Source of the DNA: an uncultured Dehalococcoidia bacterium
Lineage (GTDB): Bacteria > Chloroflexota > Dehalococcoidia > GIF9 > UBA5629
Reading direction: 5' to 3'
NCBI GenBank assembly: GCA_903929005.1
Contig: CAIYTC010000177.1
Coordinates: forward strand, 1-56,189
DNA length: 56,189 nucleotides
Notes under the pieces: model-generated
Told to the model about the DNA's origin: nothing
Seen by the model: only the letters and a program-made list of their open reading frames with translations
Databases searched by the model: none
Made by a program: the position numbers and the translations under genes
In this document: positions 1-8,319 of the stretch, one piece after another
Layout: each line of letters begins with the position of its first letter
Numbering within the stretch: the stretch's first letter is position 1

Positions 1-261
1 CGCAGCCTCGATCTTAGCTTTTATCGCCCGCAGAGGCGCCGGCCTGGCTGCAGAGGGTAAAGGCGGGCCCCAGGGTTCATCAGATGCCGGGGGTGGGGGT
101 TGCTCAGATTTCACCTCTGTGGACGCAAAAAGCTTATCCGCGCAAACCGTGCAATAGGCCTTACCGTCTATCTTTTTACGGCAGATTGCGCATACAAGTT
201 CGTCGCAGTTAACGCAATACCCAACCGCTTTCTCCTTCTCGTGCCGTGAACAACTCGACAT
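1..261 (-). CDS. B-box-like zinc finger protein, N-terminal part (runs off the window edge)
   Basis: Manual translation from ATG at 261 (GGGG upstream): MSSCSRHEKEKAVGYCVNCDELVCAICRKKIDGKAYCTVCADK..., a CxxH/CxxC/CxxC/CxxC pattern followed by a Pro-rich linker. Open to position 1; not in the ORF track. Confidence 0.75.
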   Translation of the reverse strand, partial: MSSCSRHEKEKAVGYCVNCDELVCAICRKKIDGKAYCTVCADKLFASTEVKSEQPPPPASDEPWGPPLPSAARPAPLRAIKAKIEAA

Positions 262-334
262 TGGCTACCCCCTATTGCCCTTATTCCGCTCATGCGCAAT
301 GCTGAATTGAGTCTATCACGGGCGATCGCCACTG

Positions 335-904
335 TCAAAATTGCGACGTAATCATCCTAACATCGTAAATTCCATTGACCGTATCGATCATCTGGTTGCT
401 TATGATGATAAACACCACGATGACTGCCAACGCCGCAACAGAACCCGCATAGGGTATCCCGCCGCACAACAGGATTATGGGGTAGGCCAGGTACAATTTT
501 TCTGGGAGGGGAGTCAGGCTTAAACCCTTGGAAGAAATATAGGCATTGCAGTCTTTAGCCCATCCCCAGTAGGCAATGAACATCCAGTAGAAGTTGAAAA
601 ACGGTATGAAGAGGAATCCCACGGCCTTGCCCGGGGTAGTCCTCGGCTGTCCGTCCTGTATCGCCTGCCAGGCTTTGTACAGCAGTACATAGCCGCAAAC
701 ACCGGCGATGATGGATGCTGCCATGCCCAGCAGCAAAAACAAAATGCACGGGACGAACAGTCCCATGTCCGCGATGGTGAATTTCCCTCCCTTTGTCACC
801 GCCAACACAGCAATCATGATCACGCCCGTGATGAGACAAGCCATGCCCGCCGCATAAGCCCCGATAATCAAGCCCAGATATAATTTCTTGGAGAGTTTCG
901 GCAT
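335..904 (-). CDS. Membrane protein (DUF4328-like)
   Basis: 189 aa, several TM segments, TPGKAVGFLFIPFFNFYW motif; GGAG RBS upstream. Confidence 0.7.
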   Translation of the reverse strand: MPKLSKKLYLGLIIGAYAAGMACLITGVIMIAVLAVTKGGKFTIADMGLFVPCILFLLLGMAASIIAGVCGYVLLYKAWQAIQDGQPRTTPGKAVGFLFIPFFNFYWMFIAYWGWAKDCNAYISSKGLSLTPLPEKLYLAYPIILLCGGIPYAGSVAALAVIVVFIIISNQMIDTVNGIYDVRMITSQF

Positions 905-1105
905 TATTATCTCCTTAACAAAATACGGTAAAAGCTATTCAACCGGTATATCCCATACCTATCCACCATTAGACAATTATTCAATCATTGTCAATTACCT
1001 GTATAATATACGTTGACCGAACGGGTGTCAACGACCCCTGAGGGTCAGCCTTATACCGAAAGACGGCAGGGGATTACTGCCGGTTAAATAAACAGGGGGT
1101 ACGAT

Positions 1106-1996
1106 ATGGAAGCAATCTGGCAATGGGGAATCAACCTGATAATAGCTATCCAGCAGATCCACGGCCCGCTGCTCGACAACATTTTCCGCGTCATTACTTT
1201 TACCGGCGAGGAGCAGTTCTATCTGGTGCTCTTCCCTCTGATTCTCTGGTGCATCGACTATAGCTTCGGTGCCGTGCTGGCCATCTTCTTCCTGCTTTCA
1301 AACTTTCTGAATATCATTTTGAAAGATCTGTTTCAGCATCCGCGTCCCTTCGACCTCAATCCCGGCCTTAATCTTTCCCAGGCTACTGGATATGGCATGC
1401 CGAGCGGGCATGCTCAGTTGGCGGCCACCGTGTGGGGCGCAATTGCTATCAGGGTGCATAAGGCATGGTTTTGGATCGTAGCTGTCGCGATAATTTTACT
1501 GATCGGGTTCTCGCGTATCTATCTGGGAGTACACTTTCCCACGGACGTTTTCGCCGGCTGGATTATCGGCGCCATATTGCTCGCTATTTACGTCGCGGTC
1601 AGGCATCCTCTGGAAAAATGGCTGTCAGGACTCAATATGTGGCTGCAGCTTTTACTGGCCGCGGGAGTTACAGTGGTTCTGCTTTTGATTGATCGCAGCA
1701 CTGACGCTCTCACCGGTTCAGGTATATTGTTCGGGGCAGCCGCAGGCCTAGTATTGGCGCGGCGCTATGTTTCGTTCAGCGTAAGCGGACCGTGGTGGCA
1801 GCGCTTAGTGCGCTTTCTTATAGGCATCATTGTATTATTCGGACTTTACCTGGGGCTCAAGGCGGTATTCCCTCCTGACGGGACTGCAGCAGGGGCCATG
1901 TTCCGTTTCCTGCGCTATGCGCTGATCGGTGTCTGGCTGGTGCTGGGAGCTCCCTGGCTCTTCCGGCTAATGCGGCTGGCGCCGGCCGCCAAATGA
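1106..1996 (+). CDS. PAP2 family membrane phosphatase
   Basis: KxxxxxPRP, PSGH and SRIYLGVHFPTDV motifs; multi-TM. Confidence 0.92.
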   Translation: MEAIWQWGINLIIAIQQIHGPLLDNIFRVITFTGEEQFYLVLFPLILWCIDYSFGAVLAIFFLLSNFLNIILKDLFQHPRPFDLNPGLNLSQATGYGMPSGHAQLAATVWGAIAIRVHKAWFWIVAVAIILLIGFSRIYLGVHFPTDVFAGWIIGAILLAIYVAVRHPLEKWLSGLNMWLQLLLAAGVTVVLLLIDRSTDALTGSGILFGAAAGLVLARRYVSFSVSGPWWQRLVRFLIGIIVLFGLYLGLKAVFPPDGTAAGAMFRFLRYALIGVWLVLGAPWLFRLMRLAPAAK

Positions 1997-2043
1997 AATA
2001 ATTAATTTTATTACGTGCGAATGTTATCTATTGGAGGTATATC

Positions 2044-3477
2044 ATGTGGAAAGATGCTAAAGATTATATAAAGGTCATGCCGGCCTGGAAAAAGTTCCTC
2101 TGGTTTGGAGCGGTCGCAGCCGGGACTTTGCTGATGCTTACCTTCCTTATCTGGGCCTTTTGCCAGCACGGTACGCTGGGGATCTTCAGAGTTAACGGCA
2201 TGTACCGGATCGCTTTCAGCGTACTTATCTGCTATACCATCGCGCTGCCGCTGCTGGCAGTCCTGGATGTTTATCTCGCTTCGCGTAAACCGGCGGGGAA
2301 AATCCGCCTGCCATCGATATTTATCTGGATCATAGCTGTCATTGCCATTATTCTGCCCTCTGTTCTGATGGGATGGGTTGTACCCCAGACATCGAATTAT
2401 GCGGGCGACAAGGCAGTGCAACTTCTGATGGCGGACGGCACAGGCAAAAACGGCATCCCCAATCTGGCCGTGACATTCTGGACCATCAATCCCACGCAAA
2501 ATACGCTGAAGTGGGGGGACAGCCATATCAACAATATCGCAAAAGAGGATAAACCCTCTCAGCAACATGCTTTCATGCTGCGCGACCTCCAGCCTGCTAC
2601 CGAATACTGGTATAGCCTGAATGATGCCAAACCCGTTAAATTTACCACCATGCCGGGAATAGGACAACCCCTTCACTTTGCAGTGGGAAGCGACACCCAT
2701 TTCGGCGCTAAAACTGCCCAAAACGACCTGACGGCCAAGATGCTGGGGCAGATTTCTGACCCGGCTCATGACTACCAGATGTTCTTCTTCCTGGGCGACC
2801 TGGTTGAGTGGGGCTTTATTGACTCGCAATGGCTGAAAGCTATACAGGCATTCTCAGCAACCACTTCTACGATACCGTCACGTCTCGTTGTGGGTAACCA
2901 CGATACTATAATGGGAGGCGTCAATTTTTATGAGGATTACATGTATCCTCAACCAATGGAACTTCAAACCGGTTCGCGGCTCTGGCAACGAATTGATGTG
3001 GATAACGTCCACTTCCTGCTGCTTGATCTGGAATGGAGTGCCGACAGCTATACGGCGGAACAGGCAGCCTGGTTGGAGCAGCAGCTTTCAACCATACCCG
3101 CCGGGGACTGGAAAATTGTGATGAGTCACGGCTACTACTATAGCTCCGGCGGTTACGATAATCTATGGCCCTGGTATGATGACAAGGATACGATCGACAA
3201 GCTGGTGCCATTGTTCGAAAAATATCACGTCAACCTCGTTTTCTCCGGACATATGCACCTGGTTGAGCTGTTGCAGAAAAATAATGTTACCTATGCTGTA
3301 TGCGCCGCCCTCGGTTGTTTACCCGACCCCGAGAGGACGTATATTTCGCCGGCCAGTACCTGGTACATGTCGGGCCAGAAAGCCTTTATTGATGTTACAG
3401 TTTCGCAAGATAACGCAACGCTGATATACCGCGACCCCGATTACAAAGAATTGAAAACCTTGACGGTATCACGCTGA
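2044..3477 (+). CDS. Membrane-anchored metallophosphoesterase (purple acid phosphatase-like)
   Basis: Three N-terminal TMs, FN3-like region, DTH, GDLV, GNHD and GHMH motifs; GGAGG RBS. Confidence 0.88.
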   Translation: MWKDAKDYIKVMPAWKKFLWFGAVAAGTLLMLTFLIWAFCQHGTLGIFRVNGMYRIAFSVLICYTIALPLLAVLDVYLASRKPAGKIRLPSIFIWIIAVIAIILPSVLMGWVVPQTSNYAGDKAVQLLMADGTGKNGIPNLAVTFWTINPTQNTLKWGDSHINNIAKEDKPSQQHAFMLRDLQPATEYWYSLNDAKPVKFTTMPGIGQPLHFAVGSDTHFGAKTAQNDLTAKMLGQISDPAHDYQMFFFLGDLVEWGFIDSQWLKAIQAFSATTSTIPSRLVVGNHDTIMGGVNFYEDYMYPQPMELQTGSRLWQRIDVDNVHFLLLDLEWSADSYTAEQAAWLEQQLSTIPAGDWKIVMSHGYYYSSGGYDNLWPWYDDKDTIDKLVPLFEKYHVNLVFSGHMHLVELLQKNNVTYAVCAALGCLPDPERTYISPASTWYMSGQKAFIDVTVSQDNATLIYRDPDYKELKTLTVSR

Positions 3478-3666
3478 ACAACGCGCTACATTATCCTGGA
3501 TTAAACCCTGAAGCTGGATAGTTGAGGTCGGTACTTATTGTTATACTGCTCCCCATTAAGACAGGCGGTATACTAAAAGAGTAAAATGGCTGAAAATAAG
3601 GAAACGAGCAGCCGGTGGGCCCCGGACGATCTTTTAAAAGGGCGGCAGGGATTACTGAAGTGTCAA

Positions 3667-4890
3667 TTAGGGGCCGGCAAACATCTGGCAGGCCCAGATT
3701 TTCCCGCCGGCGTCTATCGCGATACCCATGCCGGATAGGGTATAGGCCGCATTGAGCATATTGGCCTTATGCCCCGGGGAGTTAAACCACATATTGGCCA
3801 TATCATTGGCATCGCAGGGGATATTGGACTGCAGCACATTCTCGGCACAGGGGTTCGTCCCCGGTATGTTGGCCCGGATGGAATTTACCCTCGTGATGAA
3901 ATTATCGTGGCTTAACACGTTATGGTCGGCCATATACTGGGCGTGTTGCCGGCACAGTCCGTCAATATAGGCATTGCGCGCCAGGGCAGCCTTGCCGTCG
4001 GCGGCGCGTAAAGCGTTCACTGCATCGAAGAGGGACTGCTCACACGCCGCGCTTTCTGCCGGCGGCGGTGGCTCGGGTGGCGGTGCGCCGGTAACTGTGA
4101 CAGTCTCAGTGTCTGTGATACTCCCCGCTGCATTAGTGGCTGTCAGGATATAGGTAGTGGTGACGGCCGGGCAGGCCGGAACGCTGCCATTGACAGGTAC
4201 AGCTCCGCCGGGGTTGAGAGTGACGGATGTGGCGCCGGTGGTGCTCCAGCCAAGTGCTGAGCAGGAACCGGCAGCAACGCTGGCTGGATCGGCTGTGAAG
4301 CTGTTGATAACAGGACTTGCCGCCGGTGGTGGCTCGGGTGGCGGCAGCGCAGGCGCAGGAATAGGACCAGGTACGGGAAAAGGTGTAGGAATAGGAATTG
4401 GTGCAGATGAAGGCGCAGGTACAGGTGCAGGTGCAGCGGGGTTTACCGGCGTCGGTGGTGGCGCCGGGGTCGAAACATAAACTGTGACCGACCGCTGAGC
4501 GCTGCCGGATGAATTGGAAGCGGTCAATATATAGGTCGTGTCCTTTTCGGGTGTAAGGATTATGCTGCCGGACGCAATGGCTGTCCCGATACCCGGCTCG
4601 AGGGTGATTGTAGTTGCCCCGGTTGTCTGCCATTCCAGCGTGGTTTTATCACCGGCGATGATCTCCGCCGGGTTGGCGGTAAAGGCGCCGATAACCGGTC
4701 CCCGGCCAGCGCTTTCCGGCACAACCGTTATATTGGGCGTTGCTGTTTTCTGCGCTGAGGGAAGGGTTATTTTGATTCCGCCCACGACGCATGAAGCTGC
4801 CCCGCCACTACGTGTCAGGCATCCCGACCACATTGAAAAAACCAGTGCCAGTGCTATTCCTGTTAAAAAAAACCTCTGACAACTTGACAT
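3667..4890 (-). CDS. Secreted/lipoprotein with Ig-like repeats, Pro-rich linkers and C-terminal CAP (SCP) domain
   Basis: Signal peptide ending WSGC; two FTAxP..LxWxTTGA repeats; CAP motifs HAQYM, SHD, AENV, WFNSPGHKANML. Confidence 0.85.
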   Translation of the reverse strand: MSSCQRFFLTGIALALVFSMWSGCLTRSGGAASCVVGGIKITLPSAQKTATPNITVVPESAGRGPVIGAFTANPAEIIAGDKTTLEWQTTGATTITLEPGIGTAIASGSIILTPEKDTTYILTASNSSGSAQRSVTVYVSTPAPPPTPVNPAAPAPVPAPSSAPIPIPTPFPVPGPIPAPALPPPEPPPAASPVINSFTADPASVAAGSCSALGWSTTGATSVTLNPGGAVPVNGSVPACPAVTTTYILTATNAAGSITDTETVTVTGAPPPEPPPPAESAACEQSLFDAVNALRAADGKAALARNAYIDGLCRQHAQYMADHNVLSHDNFITRVNSIRANIPGTNPCAENVLQSNIPCDANDMANMWFNSPGHKANMLNAAYTLSGMGIAIDAGGKIWACQMFAGP

Positions 4891-5086
4891 CTTACCCTAC
4901 CTACCCGAAATATCCGGGATTTCCCGTATCAATTTCTCAATAAGGCAATTATCGTCACGTATCGCCCCTGGTAAGCATAATATGTCTTAACCGTCCGCTT
5001 GTCAATGCCCCCCTCCAATGCCGCGCGCTACTCTTCATAACTTTGCAACCTGAGGCGTTTTTCAGCGGAATCAAGATTAGCCTCGC

Positions 5087-5116
5087 TTGACTTAAAACAG
5101 CCAATTTTGATATAGT
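5087..5116 (+). promoter_or_regulatory. Sigma70-type promoter of guaB3
   Basis: TTGACT-18 nt-TATAGT with extended -10 TG. Confidence 0.5.
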
Positions 5117-5143
5117 GTCCGCTAATCACCCCCGGAGCCTGAC

Positions 5144-6289
5144 ATGTCTGTACCTAAATTCAAAGAACTGGAAAGGGCTTATGGTTTCGACGAAGTAGCG
5201 ATCGTGCCGGGGGACGTGACGGTCAATCCTGACCAGACCAACATTGAATTTAAAATACGTGATATAACCTTCCCCATCCCCATCGTGGCGGCGGCCATGG
5301 ACGCGGTGGTTGACCCTGATTTCGCCATACTCTTCAATAAGGCCGGCGGCCTGCCCATCCTCAATTGCGATGGCATCCAGGTCAGGTACGAAAACCCGCG
5401 GGCAACCCTGGATGAGATCATCAATGCCCCGGCCCGCGAAGTCACTGCCCTCATGCAAAAGATCTACAGCGAACCGGTCAAGGATCACCTCGTCGTCAAA
5501 AGGATCAAGCATATTAAAAAGGCCGGCGGCGTATGCGCTGTTTCGTTCATTCCCGCCACCACCAAGAAGCTGGCCCACATCGCCGAGGAGGCCGGCGCCG
5601 ATATTATAGTCGTGCAAACAACTGTGACCACCGCCCGCCATGTCTCAAAGAGCTACAGCGGCCTCAGCTTCAGCGACCTCTGCCAGCAACTTCGCATCCC
5701 GGTCATGGTCGGCAACGCGGTCACCTACAGCGCGGCGCTGGAACTGATGCGCACCGGCATCGATGGACTGCTGGTCGGCATCGGCCCGGGCGCGGCCTGC
5801 ACCACCAGGGAAGTGCTGGGAGTCGGCGTCCCGCAGGTAACGGCCACCATCGATTGCGCAGCCGCCCGCGACAATTATTTCAAGGAATCCGGCCGCTATG
5901 TATCAATCATCACCGATGGCGGCATCCGCATCGGCAGCGATATGTGCAAGGCCTTCGTCTCCGGCGCCGACGCGGTGGTCTTCGGCTCCATCCTGACCCG
6001 TGCCCAGGAGGCGCCGGGCCAAGGCTACCACTGGGGCATGTCGCAGCCATCCGCCACCCTGCCGCGCGGCACACGCATCAAAACTGAGACCAGGGGGCCG
6101 CTTGAAAAGCTGCTTTTCGGCCCCAGCCATGTAACCGACGGCACGGAAAACTATGTCGGCGCACTGCGCAATGCTATGGGCCTCTGCGGCGCACTGAGCA
6201 TCCGGGAATTTCAGAAAGTTAAGATGGTCATCGCTCCATCTATCAAGACCGAAGGCAAGCACTTCCAGTCCCTGCAGCAGAGCTGCTAA
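5144..6289 (+). CDS. guaB3: GuaB3 family IMP dehydrogenase-related protein
   Basis: AYGFDEVAIVP, GIGPGAACTTREVLG, ITDGG and HWGM motifs; 381 aa without CBS domains. Confidence 0.9.
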   Translation: MSVPKFKELERAYGFDEVAIVPGDVTVNPDQTNIEFKIRDITFPIPIVAAAMDAVVDPDFAILFNKAGGLPILNCDGIQVRYENPRATLDEIINAPAREVTALMQKIYSEPVKDHLVVKRIKHIKKAGGVCAVSFIPATTKKLAHIAEEAGADIIVVQTTVTTARHVSKSYSGLSFSDLCQQLRIPVMVGNAVTYSAALELMRTGIDGLLVGIGPGAACTTREVLGVGVPQVTATIDCAAARDNYFKESGRYVSIITDGGIRIGSDMCKAFVSGADAVVFGSILTRAQEAPGQGYHWGMSQPSATLPRGTRIKTETRGPLEKLLFGPSHVTDGTENYVGALRNAMGLCGALSIREFQKVKMVIAPSIKTEGKHFQSLQQSC

Positions 6290-6358
6290 CCCGTTACCGG
6301 CCTGCGCAAAGACGGAACCGTCTTACCAGGCCCCGAACCCTGTCAGCAGCGCTGAGGC

Positions 6359-7150
6359 TTAATCATCGTTATCATCATCCCCACCATCGTCTTCGCCCTC
6401 TTTGTGCGCCGTCGCCAATCCCATTCTGGGCACGATGGCAACGCCCTTTTTCTCTTTCTTTTTAGCCGGCCTGGGCAACGCCTTGATGTCCTCAATTAAA
6501 GCAACGGTTTCAGCAGCCGTTGTGCCCGCCGGCAGCACCACGCATTTCACGCCGGCCTCGCGCAGCGCGGCCAGCTCCGCCGGGGCAAGATTTTTGCCGG
6601 CCAGGGCCACCACAGGCTGCCCGCTGAAATCTGCTACCCTGCGGCAGTTCATCAGGCTTTCAATGGTCAACACGGGCAGGCGCATATCTACCATCACGGC
6701 ATCGACGCCAGGGTAGAGGTTGTTCACCGCCCGCAACAGGCCGGGCTCCATTTTGCTATCCAGCCTGAGTATTTTCCCCACGGTTTCAGCCTCGTTGCCT
6801 TCCAGCGATTTCACCGGCAGGTTCATATCAAATACGATGAAGTCTATATCGCTCCCCTCGGCCTTGGCGCCGGTGCCCGTTTTGCCGCCTCCCAGCACCA
6901 GCCCGGCAGGCATATCAACTTTAGTTTTTAAATACTTGATCAGTGCAGCAGCAGACAGGCCGGCGGGGTCGAGTATGCCGGCGGCCGCGCCTGTTGTGGC
7001 TGCTTCCTTCAATTCATCCTCCGGCTTGCCGCTCAGTTCAACTGCCACCAGCAACGACAGGTGCTTTTCCCCGCTCTCCGCCCTGCGGAAGCCCATAGCC
7101 GGCGAGGCGTCTTTATTTAAGCTATTCAGTTTATCAATAAATTTGCTCAT
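6359..7150 (-). CDS. Hypothetical protein (possible TIM-barrel-like) with acidic C-terminal tail
   Basis: 263-aa ORF with AAGGAG RBS; no catalytic motif recognised. Confidence 0.65.
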   Translation of the reverse strand: MSKFIDKLNSLNKDASPAMGFRRAESGEKHLSLLVAVELSGKPEDELKEAATTGAAAGILDPAGLSAAALIKYLKTKVDMPAGLVLGGGKTGTGAKAEGSDIDFIVFDMNLPVKSLEGNEAETVGKILRLDSKMEPGLLRAVNNLYPGVDAVMVDMRLPVLTIESLMNCRRVADFSGQPVVALAGKNLAPAELAALREAGVKCVVLPAGTTAAETVALIEDIKALPRPAKKKEKKGVAIVPRMGLATAHKEGEDDGGDDDNDD

Positions 7151-7221
7151 TCTTTACAGGTGCTCCTTCGATATTAAGATAGCCATATTATCTCACGGCA
7201 GGGCTATAAAATGCGCGCGTT

Positions 7222-8133
7222 TTACCACTGGAATACGTCGATGGCCTCAATCCTGCCCATGCTTGACCATATCTGCGCCTGCCCCGGCAGGTTAAAAATT
7301 GCCATTGGCTGGTATTCGTTGCCCACTATCACATTGACTATTTTGTCCGCGTAGAAGCCCTGCGAAGACGAGGTGACATCGATAAACACTATGCCACGGT
7401 CGGTCGTCTCAAAGGCATTTGAGGAATGATTGATCACTCCTTCAGCCAGGCCGGCCGGCTTCAATTCCACGGCAACAACGGCCGCCCTGATGCCGGCAGC
7501 TTCGGCATTATTGTGCAGCATCTCGGCAAAATCGCCGCAGGTGAATTTGCCCGCTACATAGGATTCCCTGTCCGTCCGGTCAGCCTGCAGGAAAGCCTTC
7601 AGTCCGGCCCAGGTAGGGTTATGCGCAACGGGATTATTATGCAGGACTATATAGTCATTGTCAGCGCCGACCATGACAGCCTTCCCGAAATATACATAGG
7701 ATTCGTTTTCCCTGAGAGCCGGCAGGGCGCCGGAAGTCCTGCCGGGTGGTATGACGGACGGACTGCTGGCCGAACTGGCAATTGGCACCGCCGACACGAC
7801 ATTGATGATCACGGAACTGACTATTGTGCCGCCGCTGTTGCTGGCCGTCAGGTTATAAGCCGTTATCTCGAACGGCTTGACCTCCAGGCTGCCCGTCAGC
7901 GGCAGCGTGCCCAGGCCGTGATCGATGGTCACATTATCGGCGCCCGTCACCTCCCAGTGCAGCCTGGTGGCCGTCCCGTTCTCCACTTTTGACGGGCTGG
8001 CCTTGAAAGTTAATACTTCAGGTCGCCTGGCAGGGACAGCAGGCGGGGAAGGGACCGCAGGCTGCAGACCGAAGCAGGCCGGTTGCGCCAGTGCCAATAA
8101 GGTAATCGCTACTATAAGGAATTTATATCTCAT
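7222..8133 (-). CDS. Lipoprotein with Ig-like domain and transglutaminase-like Cys-His-Asp domain
   Basis: Signal peptide ending QPAC; FKASP..LHWEVTGA Ig-like unit; TCGDFA...HSSNAF...FID putative triad. Confidence 0.65.
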   Translation of the reverse strand: MRYKFLIVAITLLALAQPACFGLQPAVPSPPAVPARRPEVLTFKASPSKVENGTATRLHWEVTGADNVTIDHGLGTLPLTGSLEVKPFEITAYNLTASNSGGTIVSSVIINVVSAVPIASSASSPSVIPPGRTSGALPALRENESYVYFGKAVMVGADNDYIVLHNNPVAHNPTWAGLKAFLQADRTDRESYVAGKFTCGDFAEMLHNNAEAAGIRAAVVAVELKPAGLAEGVINHSSNAFETTDRGIVFIDVTSSSQGFYADKIVNVIVGNEYQPMAIFNLPGQAQIWSSMGRIEAIDVFQW

Positions 8134-8319
8134 TTCCTACCGGTAAAAACAACGCGCTCTTAATAACAGTATAGCTTCATGCGGTTTTGCGGGCAATTAA
8201 TCTGCCTGTATAATTACCACTGATACCTTTTACTGTAAACAGGAAGGGTTATACCGGAAATTAGCATCATCCTTAATATCCATAAATAATTCAATACTGC
8301 ATATTGGTTGATTAGAGTT

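Noticed and set aside
1064-3660. Short shared motif CGGCAGGG(G)ATTACTG at ~1064 and ~3643, and a ~50-codon ORF at ~3586
   Set aside because: Only two short copies; the ORF overlaps the convergent CAP gene and has no recognisable features, so support is insufficient
4050-4470. Low-complexity GGT/GCA-rich repeats
   Set aside because: Explained by the Pro/Ala-rich linkers of the CAP-domain protein
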